From: a virus
Taxonomy: Duplodnaviria; Caudoviricetes
IMG/VR virus record: IMGVR_UViG_3300032259_000002
Span: 13,013-77,012 of that record
Direction: 5' to 3' (one strand)
Length of the DNA stretch: 64,000 bases
Shown here: positions 46,632 to 55,402 of the stretch, one piece after another
How positions within the stretch are numbered: position 1 is the first letter of the stretch
Layout of the letters: each line of letters opens with the position of its first letter
Position numbers and translations under genes: made by a program
Notes under the pieces: generated by a model
Seen by the model: only the letters and a program-made list of their open reading frames with translations
Told to the model about the DNA's origin: nothing
Database searches by the model: none

Positions 46632-47324
46632 CTAATCCCTTTCAAAAAGAGGGTCTTCGATGCCAGCATGATCAAAACCTTTTTGTCTGAGCAGACAAGC
46701 ATGGCAGTGACCACATGGAGGATATTGCCCATTATAGCAGGTATGAGAATAGGCCAAGGCTTCCATACAGCCTTCAAGCTTACAGGCTAAATCCACTGAA
46801 TCCCTTTTGGTCATAAACATTAAAGGGGTATGTATATCAAAGACAAAATCAGAACCATAAATACCTTCCCCAAGAGCTTTAGTCATAGCCACTATAAAAG
46901 TATGCCGGCAATCATGGTAGCCTGCAAAGTCCTCTTGACAAACTCCGGTTACCATATCAGTTATACCAAGACAGGCCGCTCGGTTAGCAGCTATAGTCAG
47001 AAAAAGAATATTCCTGGCTGGAACAAAAGTTGGCTCTACCCCTTCTGGTAATTCTTCATGAGATGGGTATTGACCTACTTCATAATCACTATTTACAAGA
47101 GGGCTGGTTCCTTTAAGAACTGGGCCCAACTCAATGACCTCATGACTTGCTACCCCTGCCATTTTTGCTATCTTTTTAGCAGACTCTAACTCAATAGAGT
47201 GTTTCTGACCATAATCAAAAGTAACGGCATGGACTTCATCAAATTTACTTTTAGCCCAGAATAGGCAAGTTGTGGAATCCTGGCCACCGCTCAAAACAAC
47301 AAGGCATTTGCTCTTCTCTTTCAT
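46632..47324 (-). CDS. queC: 7-cyano-7-deazaguanine synthase
   Basis: LSGGQDSTTC, FDYGQKH, TFVPARN, YHDCR, TPLM, SHTCY...CGHCHAC. Confidence 0.97.
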   Translation of the reverse strand: MKEKSKCLVVLSGGQDSTTCLFWAKSKFDEVHAVTFDYGQKHSIELESAKKIAKMAGVASHEVIELGPVLKGTSPLVNSDYEVGQYPSHEELPEGVEPTFVPARNILFLTIAANRAACLGITDMVTGVCQEDFAGYHDCRHTFIVAMTKALGEGIYGSDFVFDIHTPLMFMTKRDSVDLACKLEGCMEALAYSHTCYNGQYPPCGHCHACLLRQKGFDHAGIEDPLFERD

Positions 47325-47341
47325 ATCTGCTCCTATGATAC

Positions 47342-48148
47342 TTATAATTTTATTAAAGACATCAACTCTGCTCTAGCAGCAATGCCTTTTTGGCTATCAT
47401 CTTTAAACACCCCAGTAAGAGCGGAGGTGGTCATTATTGAGCCCTGTTTCTCCACTCCCCGCGAAGTCATGCAAAAATGTTGGGCCTCAATAATACAAGC
47501 AGCACCTATACACTTAAGATTCTCCATTAAGGCATTTACCGCTTGTTTTCCTATTCTTTCCTGTATCTGAAGCCTTCTACTAAAAATTTCAAAAAGTCTT
47601 GCAAGTTTAGATACTCCAATTACTTTCTCATTTGGAATATAAGCTAAGTGAAAGCGACCAAAAAACGGCAACAGGTGATGCTCACAAGTAGAATAAAACT
47701 CACAATTTTTAAGGAGTACCAACTCGTCATACCCTTCCGAATCAAAAACCTTGAATACTTCTTTGGGATCTAATTTGTAACCAGAAAAAAGATGGTCGTA
47801 AGACTTAAGTACTCTTTCCGGAGTCTCAAGAAGTCCCTCCCTTTCCGGATCATCTCCAAGATAGGAAATGGTAGCTCTCACATTCCTTAATAGGGCTTCT
47901 TTGTATAAGGAGGCATCTCCATCTACTGATAAGAATCTCCATTTCTTCTTATCCAAGGATCTTCTTATTAGATTTTTCTCTCTTTTCTCATAATAACCAA
48001 AAGCAACATTAGTTAACCTATCTACTCCTATAAGACAAAAGGTTTCTCCTACACCACCAGAAGGTACTCTTTGGGCTACTTTTATAGGAAAATTCTCTGA
48101 TGCGTGTCCCCGTCTTTCTAACCAAATATCCTCTAAACTCTTTTCCAT
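47342..48148 (-). CDS. folE: GTP cyclohydrolase I with an ~80-aa N-terminal extension
   Basis: GDDPEREGLLETPERV, YSTCEHHLLPF, GVSKLAR, RRLQIQER, HFCMTSRG. Confidence 0.96.
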   Translation of the reverse strand: MEKSLEDIWLERRGHASENFPIKVAQRVPSGGVGETFCLIGVDRLTNVAFGYYEKREKNLIRRSLDKKKWRFLSVDGDASLYKEALLRNVRATISYLGDDPEREGLLETPERVLKSYDHLFSGYKLDPKEVFKVFDSEGYDELVLLKNCEFYSTCEHHLLPFFGRFHLAYIPNEKVIGVSKLARLFEIFSRRLQIQERIGKQAVNALMENLKCIGAACIIEAQHFCMTSRGVEKQGSIMTTSALTGVFKDDSQKGIAARAELMSLIKL

Positions 48149-48168
48149 TTATGCTCTCCTATTTTTAT

Positions 48169-48594
48169 TTATTCCCAAGGGAAAACTATCCATCTATCAG
48201 CCGGCATTTCTTCAACAAAAAAAGAAGGCTCACATCTGGTAGAAGATTTTCGATAAACAACAGCTGAATCCTCAAAACCAAGATTGTTTATATAATTAAG
48301 AGTACCGCCTGAATCAACAAGATCATCAACTACCAAAAAATCAGTAGGTATTGTTTCTATATTATTGTGCTGAATCAGCTCTTGCCTTTTTTTACAAGAG
48401 GAATATGATTCAAGGCATAGAGTTTGAACATTTCTTATATTAAGTAGATGCGAAATAATTCCTGCCACAAATAAACCACCTCTTGTAACAGCAAGTATTC
48501 CTGGAATTACTGCTCGGTCTTCTGCTATTTTATTAGCAAGTATTCTGCAATCTTCTTCGAACTGGTTCCAAGTTACTACCAATTTATTTTCCAA
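48169..48594 (-). CDS. Purine phosphoribosyltransferase (Gpt/Hpt-like)
   Basis: LAVTRGGL, FLVVDDLVDSGGT PRPP loop, WIVFPWE. Confidence 0.9.
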   Translation of the reverse strand: MENKLVVTWNQFEEDCRILANKIAEDRAVIPGILAVTRGGLFVAGIISHLLNIRNVQTLCLESYSSCKKRQELIQHNNIETIPTDFLVVDDLVDSGGTLNYINNLGFEDSAVVYRKSSTRCEPSFFVEEMPADRWIVFPWE

Positions 48595-48618
48595 TTAGGT
48601 ACCTCTTTAATTTTAGGT

Positions 48619-48651
48619 AAAAAGAAGGGCTCCTTTTCCGGAGCCCTTCTT
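48619..48651 (-). terminator. Rho-independent terminator
   Basis: aagaagggctcc/ggagcccttctt stem with a T run. Confidence 0.8.
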
Positions 48652-48661
48652 CAATAAAAAA

Positions 48662-49426
48662 TTAACCGTTAATCTCTTCAAGAATCTTCATAATGGCGTG
48701 AGCCTGACCATACTGTATACCGAGAGTGCTTGGACTGATGGTGTAGCCTTCCTTGGCAACTTTCTCTCCAATCTTCTCTTTATCCCACTTTGGGTGCTTG
48801 CAGGTATAGTACTGAATACGTGAAATGGCCGAAGGCTTTTTGTCTTTCTTTTCCTTCTTAGGCTTTTTCTCAGCCTTACCCTTACCTTTAGACTTGCCCT
48901 TCTTGGCAGGCTTTTCTTCTTCCTCTTCCTCTTCCTCAGGGTCTTCCTCAGGCTCGGATTTTTTGGATTTTTTCCCTTTAGAAGAAGACTTGCCCTTACC
49001 TTTAGACTTGCCCTTCTTTGCAGGCTTTTCCTCTTCCTCTTCTTCAGGGTCTTCCTCTTCCTCTTCTTCAGGGTCTTCCTCTTCCTCTTCTTCAGGGTCT
49101 TCCTCTTCCTCTTCTTCAGGGTCTTCCTCTTCCTCAGGCTCGGATTTTTTGGATTTTTTGCCTTTAGACTTGCCCTTCTTTGCAGGCTTTTCCTCTTCCT
49201 CTTCATCAGATTCCGAATCAGGGAAATCAGCAACAGCCTTGTTCTTCTCAAGAGCACTTACGGCTTTATTCAGCCAATCTTGGGCCTCTTTAGAAAGACC
49301 ATCAAACTTCTTGTCAGAAAGATCGTCTGACTCGTCTGCCAGCCTTTCAAGATATTCCTGGTAATCCTCTCCTTTGTTTTGTTTAATCTTGATAGCCTTT
49401 TCCAGTTCTTTTCTTATAACACTCAT
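48662..49426 (-). CDS. Highly charged protein with tandem DPEEEEEE and KPAKKGKSKGK repeats
   Basis: 24-bp tandem repeats at about 49030-49135; AGGAGG RBS. Confidence 0.75.
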   Translation of the reverse strand: MSVIRKELEKAIKIKQNKGEDYQEYLERLADESDDLSDKKFDGLSKEAQDWLNKAVSALEKNKAVADFPDSESDEEEEEKPAKKGKSKGKKSKKSEPEEEEDPEEEEEEDPEEEEEEDPEEEEEEDPEEEEEEKPAKKGKSKGKGKSSSKGKKSKKSEPEEDPEEEEEEEEKPAKKGKSKGKGKAEKKPKKEKKDKKPSAISRIQYYTCKHPKWDKEKIGEKVAKEGYTISPSTLGIQYGQAHAIMKILEEING

Positions 49427-49585
49427 TTTACTTTCCTCCTAGGTTTTTTTGTTTTTTGTTATTTAGCCTATAGAGGCTGACCGCCTCCAAGCTTACTTTT
49501 TAAATTTTTAAAATCATCTCCTTTCCTTTTATTAAGAGCTGGGTTTGTTTATCCTTATTTATTAACTCCCCCAGCTCTTAATAAT

Positions 49586-49614
49586 ATAATATATCATAAT
49601 ATCAGCAATTACAA
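49586..49614 (-). promoter_or_regulatory. Sigma70-like promoter
   Basis: TTGTAA - 17 bp - TATTAT; the leader begins with a 15-bp inverted repeat (49529-49543 / 49570-49584). Confidence 0.55.
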
Positions 49615-49643
49615 GAAAAAAATGACTTTAAATAAAAATAATT

Positions 49644-50021
49644 CTAGCCCCTAACTCTGGCCCAGCTTTTACGCGTCTCTTTAAGGGCTACCTCTTCCAG
49701 TTTTATTCCCGGATGCGATTCAGATAGTCTTTTCTGAATCCTATTAAAAAAAGCTACGACCATTATCTCGGCAGTGGGCATCACAAAGGAATCATTCAGC
49801 ATAGCATGGTCATACTTATCTTCAATCTCTTCAGAGATTATCAATTTAAGATCTCCGTAATCAACAACCATCCCCATGTCATCCAACTGGGAAGATGATA
49901 CCGTAACCAAGCCTTCATAGGTATGTCCATGTAAATTCCGGCAAGCTCCTTTATGATTAGGAATATAATGAGCCGCCTCAAAACTAAACTCCCTGCTTAT
50001 TTCAACTTTTGTTTCTGACAT
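49644..50021 (-). CDS. queD: 6-carboxytetrahydropterin synthase
   Basis: FEAAHYIP...CRNLHGHTY, DHAMLN, PTAE, LKET. Confidence 0.96.
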   Translation of the reverse strand: MSETKVEISREFSFEAAHYIPNHKGACRNLHGHTYEGLVTVSSSQLDDMGMVVDYGDLKLIISEEIEDKYDHAMLNDSFVMPTAEIMVVAFFNRIQKRLSESHPGIKLEEVALKETRKSWARVRG

Positions 50022-50103
50022 ATCTTTACTCCTTTTTAATTATTTAATCCTTTATATATAATACCCTTATTTTAAATTAACGTTGGTTAATCACTGAAAA
50101 TAA
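50006..50103. repeat. 98-bp direct repeat, copy 2
   Basis: Matches 36501-36598 with one mismatch. Confidence 0.95.
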
Positions 50104-50645
50104 TTCTTGGTGATCTTAACCAAGTTATATTTAAAGGGATCATACCCAAGCATCTTGCAAAGAAATTTATTACTTTTAAAACCTTTACTATGTTTTTTAT
50201 TTACAAAATAAGAAACCTCCTCAAGCAACTCAATCGGAGTACTAAATACTAAAAATAAAACATCTAATACTTCCTTAGGTGCTTCTTTTATTATTAAATT
50301 CAAATAACCATCATTATCATAAACAGTAAATCTATCTTCAGATAGCTCCTCTATTAACTCGGTCTTATCAATAAAACTATTTTTCTTTGAGGAGTCATTA
50401 GATAGATCTACTATGAAATTATTTATACAAGTTTTAAAAATTGGGCTCAGTCTGCCTTTATCATCTAAAACTGAACCATACTTCTCAAGACATCTCTCAT
50501 AAACAAAAAAAGCTTCCTGCATAAAATCTTCCTCGGAATAACCCAGCCCTTCTATTCTCCAGATTACTCTTTTAGATGCCTCTTTCAGATAAGGAATTAC
50601 CTGGCTTTTCCAAACTCTGATTCTTCCTCTTAAAATAGTATTCAA
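50091..50645 (-). CDS. Putative phage sigma-factor-like protein (TTG start)
   Basis: YSEEDFMQEAFFVYERCLEKY...FKTCINNFIVD resembles sigma region 2. Confidence 0.55.
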   Translation of the reverse strand: MNTILRGRIRVWKSQVIPYLKEASKRVIWRIEGLGYSEEDFMQEAFFVYERCLEKYGSVLDDKGRLSPIFKTCINNFIVDLSNDSSKKNSFIDKTELIEELSEDRFTVYDNDGYLNLIIKEAPKEVLDVLFLVFSTPIELLEEVSYFVNKKHSKGFKSNKFLCKMLGYDPFKYNLVKITKNYFQ

Positions 50646-50803
50646 AGTCCTGCCTCCTTTTTCTTATAATCGTTTTTAATATCAAGAAAAGATAACTGTT
50701 TGTTCTCAAGATCTGTCAGCCTTTTCTTAAATTCAGTATAAGAAATACGTTTGAAATAGTAACTCCAAAATAAAGAACAACATCTTTCTTTTAGTATTCC
50801 CAT
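50642..50803 (-). CDS. Small hypothetical protein (53 aa)
   Basis: GGAGG RBS; MGILKERCCSLFW...KEAGL*; stop overlaps the next start. Confidence 0.45.
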   Translation of the reverse strand: MGILKERCCSLFWSYYFKRISYTEFKKRLTDLENKQLSFLDIKNDYKKKEAGL

Positions 50804-50827
50804 TATTACCTCCTGGATTATATTATG

Positions 50828-51019
50828 CTACTTCTTCCTATTCTTTAATTGTGAATCCTTTTTTATTTTTCTTCTCTTTTTCTTATCAGATCTAGCCTTT
50901 ACCCTGGGCTCCCCACCAACTCTGTAATTTCTACTCTTACCCCATCTCTCGCTTTCCATTGATGATGTCATTGCCATTCCAGCAACCATCATCATTCCGA
51001 ACTTTGCCTTTGCATCCAT
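50828..51019 (-). CDS. Small hypothetical protein
   Basis: 63 aa, Met-rich N-terminus and basic C-terminus. Confidence 0.45.
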   Translation of the reverse strand: MDAKAKFGMMMVAGMAMTSSMESERWGKSRNYRVGGEPRVKARSDKKKRRKIKKDSQLKNRKK

Positions 51020-51030
51020 CTTATTTCCCC

Positions 51031-52020
51031 CTATCCATTATTATCAATAAAAGAAATTACTTGTTTCTCTGACATCTCCCCAGGGTCGCTCACTTCTTCT
51101 GGAAGCTCTGGTATCTTAAGATTCTTTACCATAAATAATTCAGAAGCCATATCCAAAGATTGTACATAAGCATCTTGATCTAAAACCAACCAAACCTCCT
51201 CATATAAAAAAGAAAGCTCGGTCAATAAATACTTCTGATCATCAGTCATTGTTTTAGTGAAAAGACAGGTAGCTCTAAATCCTTTAGGAGAATAATAGTC
51301 AAGTTTCAGCATATCAAACAAACCTTCTCCTATCATTAAAACCTTACCGCCTTTTATTAAAGAATCATAATTATACAAACAATACTTAGCATGCCTCACT
51401 GATTCCTTTATAGATAGATCTTTATAAGAGAGTTGAGAAGAAGAGTAAATACTTCTCCCTATCCAGGTTACCAAAATATCTTTATAGTATACCGGAAAAA
51501 TTAATCTCTTTTTCCACTCCCCAATATTACAGCAGTATATTTCGTATTTCTTAATTAGTCTATCAGTATTTTTAAAACCTCTTTTTAGTAAGTAATCATA
51601 ATAAGGCTTTGTTACTCCCTTATTTTTTATTTCTTTAAATTCTTTAGGAAATTCTAAATTAATAGCTTCTCCTAGATTTTCCTCTTTCTTATCTTTCCTA
51701 TCATCGAATAATGCCTCAGTCATGGAAAGGAGATCATCCCCATCCTCAAAAGAAGTTTCTTTGCCTGCTAATCTGTTTGCTTCTTCCCATGAGCAGCCCA
51801 ATAAAGCTTTTATTACTCTTGCAAAATTCCTACCCCGGTGTCGTCTATCCCTCCAGCATCCGTAATAACCATTACCGGGTATTATGCCCATATGGAATCC
51901 GGTATCTTCAGGGCAAAAGGGACAGCATATATTCAAATTATTTTTCTTAACATTTCTTCCGGAAGTCCGGTAAGGAATATTATGGTTATCCAAAAATCTT
52001 TGTATTTTAGATGAGATCAT
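51031..52020 (-). CDS. dnaG: DNA primase (Zn-binding plus TOPRIM)
   Basis: CCPFC...GCWRD..H zinc domain; RLIFPV; IGEGLFD; LDQD. Confidence 0.88.
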   Translation of the reverse strand: MISSKIQRFLDNHNIPYRTSGRNVKKNNLNICCPFCPEDTGFHMGIIPGNGYYGCWRDRRHRGRNFARVIKALLGCSWEEANRLAGKETSFEDGDDLLSMTEALFDDRKDKKEENLGEAINLEFPKEFKEIKNKGVTKPYYDYLLKRGFKNTDRLIKKYEIYCCNIGEWKKRLIFPVYYKDILVTWIGRSIYSSSQLSYKDLSIKESVRHAKYCLYNYDSLIKGGKVLMIGEGLFDMLKLDYYSPKGFRATCLFTKTMTDDQKYLLTELSFLYEEVWLVLDQDAYVQSLDMASELFMVKNLKIPELPEEVSDPGEMSEKQVISFIDNNG

Positions 52021-52710
52021 TTAATAAATAAAACCCCGGCGTGGCCCGCACCATTGTTCCGCCATCGCATCAGCAATGCCTTGATAAGTTAGTGATCTTA
52101 TTTTACTACCCTTCTCGCCTCCGCTGAGTTTATTCTGACCTGAGTCAGTTTGATTCTTCCATCGCATGACTCTTTTTCCAGAAGGCATGATTACGATCCT
52201 ACCAGGAACATATTTCGTAGGCTTTAAAAGCGGAAGCCCTTTCAGCCATAGACCGGTTGTCTTACTGGCATTGTGTCCAAAATCATACGGTTGTATATAT
52301 TGGCTTTCTGGGCATATTCGAGTACTTATACACCCAACAGGATTTTCCAATGCTATTTTTAAACAATTCCTTGATAGTATCATTCTAACAAAATCCAAAG
52401 CTTCTTCGGTTTTCTTCTGTCTCCACGGGTTCCCTATATTACGATGTAAACCGCTTGAAGAAAGAAAGGTACATGGAGGAAAGGCAATAATCATATCCCA
52501 TTCAGAACCATCCCCAATAAAATCCTCCAAGTATCCTTGATAATGCGGCCCCGGCCTTTCAGTTGGCAATAGATCACAGCTTATAGCCTCATGTCCTTTC
52601 TTAATGAAGGCATCTCGGACAATACCACTATATTCACAAGCTATCAAAATCTTCATGATATAAAACATTGCTCCAAAGTGGTGACATCTTTGATTCGAAT
52701 TAAAAAGCAC
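52021..52710 (-). CDS. Short C5-cytosine methyltransferase-like protein (start probably MKILI)
   Basis: KILIACEYSG, IAFPPCT, ALENPVG, KTTGLWL. Confidence 0.85.
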   Translation of the reverse strand: MLFNSNQRCHHFGAMFYIMKILIACEYSGIVRDAFIKKGHEAISCDLLPTERPGPHYQGYLEDFIGDGSEWDMIIAFPPCTFLSSSGLHRNIGNPWRQKKTEEALDFVRMILSRNCLKIALENPVGCISTRICPESQYIQPYDFGHNASKTTGLWLKGLPLLKPTKYVPGRIVIMPSGKRVMRWKNQTDSGQNKLSGGEKGSKIRSLTYQGIADAMAEQWCGPRRGFIY

Positions 52711-52865
52711 AAATATCCTTTTTCTACAGGTTCAGCTATTGCCTCAACTTTACCGCAAGAACTTTTGGACACATAGGCTCCATTCTCTCCAGAGAATTCA
52801 TCCCACGCCGGGTCGCCAAACCCTTTAATTTTTAATACTCCTGCTTCTATACAATTTGTTTTCAT
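52653..52865 (-). CDS. Small hypothetical protein
   Basis: 70 aa, coupled to the upstream gene. Confidence 0.5.
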   Translation of the reverse strand: MKTNCIEAGVLKIKGFGDPAWDEFSGENGAYVSKSSCGKVEAIAEPVEKGYLCFLIRIKDVTTLEQCFIS

Positions 52866-53287
52866 TATTCTATCCCAGTAGCTTTCAGCCCGGCATCGTA
52901 AACAGCTTCGCCGTGAATCCTGAAAAAGCTATCTATGATCCCGTCAAGCAGGTTGCTCTCTTCTTCCGTAAAAATACTCCCCAATTTAACATCAATTAGA
53001 GACACAATCTCTCTCGGGTCATCATCAGGATGAAACAAAAGCCCTTTTTCTTTCATTTCATTGAACCAATCTTGCATAGCCTCAATTGAATCGTTTTTTA
53101 CTTCTGGTATTCTGTTTAAAATTTCTAAATCTTCGACGTTAAAAACATTAGTTGGCTTAATAGCCATATTCACCTCTTCTCTCACTAATACCCTTCCTCC
53201 ATCAGGATCTTCTAGTAAAGTCATTATTAGATCCTTATCTCCGGAATCAACCTCTTTTTTAAACTTTACCGTGTCGCCCTTCTTCAT
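52865..53287 (-). CDS. Hypothetical protein, first gene after early promoter copy 2
   Basis: 140 aa; MKKGDTVKF; GLLFHPDDDP; GGAGG RBS. Confidence 0.65.
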   Translation of the reverse strand: MKKGDTVKFKKEVDSGDKDLIMTLLEDPDGGRVLVREEVNMAIKPTNVFNVEDLEILNRIPEVKNDSIEAMQDWFNEMKEKGLLFHPDDDPREIVSLIDVKLGSIFTEEESNLLDGIIDSFFRIHGEAVYDAGLKATGIE

Positions 53288-53302
53288 GACTATCCTCCGT
53301 TT

Positions 53303-53362
53303 GTTTAGGTTTCTCTTAACTCTTAAATATATTATATTATATTAGGAAACCCAATGCAAGGG
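53303..53362 (-). promoter_or_regulatory. Sigma70-type early promoter, copy 2 of the 60-bp repeat
   Basis: TTGCAT (53354-53359) - 17 bp - TATAAT (53331-53336). Confidence 0.85.
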
Positions 53363-53372
53363 AAAAAAGTAG

Positions 53373-54926
53373 TTATTTTGAAACTTTCTTACCCTCCACA
53401 AGAGCATCAAATAAATTCTTCCCCTCTTTTATGAAATCAAGAACGTCCTCATCCACACTATTCTTTACTATAATATCAGTTATGAAAGTAGTTTTGGTCT
53501 TCTCCCCCCTCGGTGCTCTTTTTTCTGCCTGGGCTCGGACAATGGGGGAAACCGGGCTCTCGTAAAAAATCTCATAATCAGCCACCTGTAAATTAAGATT
53601 GACTCCACCACTTTTAGAATTGGCTAAAAAAACTTTACATTTGGGATCCTTGATAAAAGCAGTCTTTGCTGCTACTTTATCTTTTGTTCCTCCATACAAA
53701 CGTTCATACTTGATTTTCTTTTTCTTAAGGCATTCCTCAATCAGATCACCACTTGGTGTAAATTCAACAAAAATTAGGGCCTTGGCTTTAAAAGGTATTC
53801 CTTCAAGATAATCCATCAAAGCATCTAATCTTGGATTACTTTTAAAAACAATCCTATGCCGGTCATCCTCCTCATCTTTGAAATCTACATATCCGGCCAC
53901 TATCTGTCTTTTTCTCATAAAGGAATTCTTTAGCATTTGATAGTTTCCCTGAGACTCCAGAAGATCGGCATGAGCAATTTCATAGTATTGGTATGCCTCG
54001 GATGAAAAAGGCACCTTGATAGTTTTGTATACTTTTGGTGGCATAGAATCAAGTTCTTCTTCTGCATACCTGATAGACCTATGCCTCATTACTTTATGTA
54101 ATTTCTTTTCTTTTTTAGAATCAAAAACCCAATCATATCCAAAACCATTACCTTTTTTATTAAAATAAGCCTCTCTAAATAAACCAAGAGTATTTCCTAA
54201 AGTCTCCCCTCTATCGATTAAATAAAATTGAGCCCAAAGATCAATTGGTTTTCTACCAAAAGGAGTACCGGTCAAACCATACCTGAAATCACAATTTTTA
54301 GATATCTGATTACCTAATCTAAAATTAAGGGATTTGGGATTTTTGCACAAATGCAGCTCATCCAGAATCAAAGCTTGGAAATATTTTGATAACTTTTTTA
54401 TTAACTTGTCTACTGGTTTTCTTTTCCTTCTTCCTTTTTCATCCCCTTTTATTTTAATTAAGGAAGTCACCATAGCAACAAGACCATCATAGCTGATTAT
54501 AAAAACCGGATCTTTTGAGGTTTCTAATAAACTCCATTTCTCTTCTTGAGTTCCTAAAAGTGAGGTATATTTAAAACAAGAATGCTCCTCGATTTGTTCC
54601 TCCCAAGAGCTGATACCTACCTCATTGGGCGCGATAATGAGAGTTCGGCCCTTCAAGGCCTGTTTCTGCTCATACAAAGCCATGATCTGAATCACAAGAA
54701 GGCTCTTACCTAGACCCATATCAAGAAAAAAGATAAAATTCTGATTATGCAGCCCACATATAAAAGAAGCAGCTTGGTGTTTCCAGGGAGGGGTTTTGAA
54801 AGTAAAATCCTCCGGAAGCTCGCAATCAAGCTCTTCCCATATTTCTAATTCAGAAAGATCTTTAACACAAGACCAATCATCCAGGTCTCTGTTCAAAAAA
54901 TCTTTGACTGCTTTTTTAGATATCAT
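53373..54926 (-). CDS. SNF2-family helicase
   Basis: FLDMGLGKS, ILDELH, GLTGTP, SGGVNLNLQ, QAEKRA. Confidence 0.92.
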   Translation of the reverse strand: MISKKAVKDFLNRDLDDWSCVKDLSELEIWEELDCELPEDFTFKTPPWKHQAASFICGLHNQNFIFFLDMGLGKSLLVIQIMALYEQKQALKGRTLIIAPNEVGISSWEEQIEEHSCFKYTSLLGTQEEKWSLLETSKDPVFIISYDGLVAMVTSLIKIKGDEKGRRKRKPVDKLIKKLSKYFQALILDELHLCKNPKSLNFRLGNQISKNCDFRYGLTGTPFGRKPIDLWAQFYLIDRGETLGNTLGLFREAYFNKKGNGFGYDWVFDSKKEKKLHKVMRHRSIRYAEEELDSMPPKVYKTIKVPFSSEAYQYYEIAHADLLESQGNYQMLKNSFMRKRQIVAGYVDFKDEEDDRHRIVFKSNPRLDALMDYLEGIPFKAKALIFVEFTPSGDLIEECLKKKKIKYERLYGGTKDKVAAKTAFIKDPKCKVFLANSKSGGVNLNLQVADYEIFYESPVSPIVRAQAEKRAPRGEKTKTTFITDIIVKNSVDEDVLDFIKEGKNLFDALVEGKKVSK

Positions 54927-54938
54927 TTATTTTTACTT

Positions 54939-55292
54939 TTATTTATATGATTCAGGATCATTGCAATTCCTATGCTCTAGCCCTATTGGTGTAACAACCC
55001 ATTTATGATACTTTCCTATAAGCTTATTGCATTTTCTACAAATTCTTTTTCCTTTGGCAATATGCCTGGCTTCTTCTAACTTTAAGCTTATATCCTGAAA
55101 ACCATTCTCCGTGTGAAAAGAATATTCAATTTTTAAATTGGGTAAATGCTTTCCTTCTTTTACTAGTCCCTTAATAGCATCTTCAAAAAGCTTAATATGC
55201 TCTTCTTTTATTTCTAACAAACCTACCCATTCTTTCAAAGATTGATCTTTAAAAACTGGAATCTTTTTTAGCATAACTATTCCCTTTCCCAA
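54939..55292 (-). CDS. Hypothetical protein with a C-terminal Cys/His motif (start probably MLKK at 55274)
   Basis: CRKC...H..C. Confidence 0.5.
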   Translation of the reverse strand: MGKGIVMLKKIPVFKDQSLKEWVGLLEIKEEHIKLFEDAIKGLVKEGKHLPNLKIEYSFHTENGFQDISLKLEEARHIAKGKRICRKCNKLIGKYHKWVVTPIGLEHRNCNDPESYK

Positions 55293-55402
55293 ATAATACC
55301 TTTTTCTTTATGCCCACATATTCTACAAGTGGATGGGCCGGCAATATTATCACTATCAGATACCATCCAATGACCAAATACCTTACATAGAAACTTAAGC
55401 AT
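55277..55402 (-). CDS. Small C..FGH.W...C..C protein (41 aa, DUF1660-like)
   Basis: Hand translation MLKFLCKVFGHWMVSDSDNIAGPSTCRICGHKEKG...; overlaps the dnaB stop. Confidence 0.55.
   Translation of the reverse strand: MLKFLCKVFGHWMVSDSDNIAGPSTCRICGHKEKGIIWERE

Noticed and set aside
48688-49364. Alternative-frame poly-Ser and poly-Lys/Arg ORFs here and at 34522-34761
   Set aside because: They are by-products of GAA/GAG-rich repeats in the real minus-strand genes.
8920-49473. Shared CTATAGGCTAA 11-mer after hairpins at 8.9 kb and 49.5 kb
   Set aside because: It is too short, and similar strings also occur inside coding sequence and on the opposite strand.
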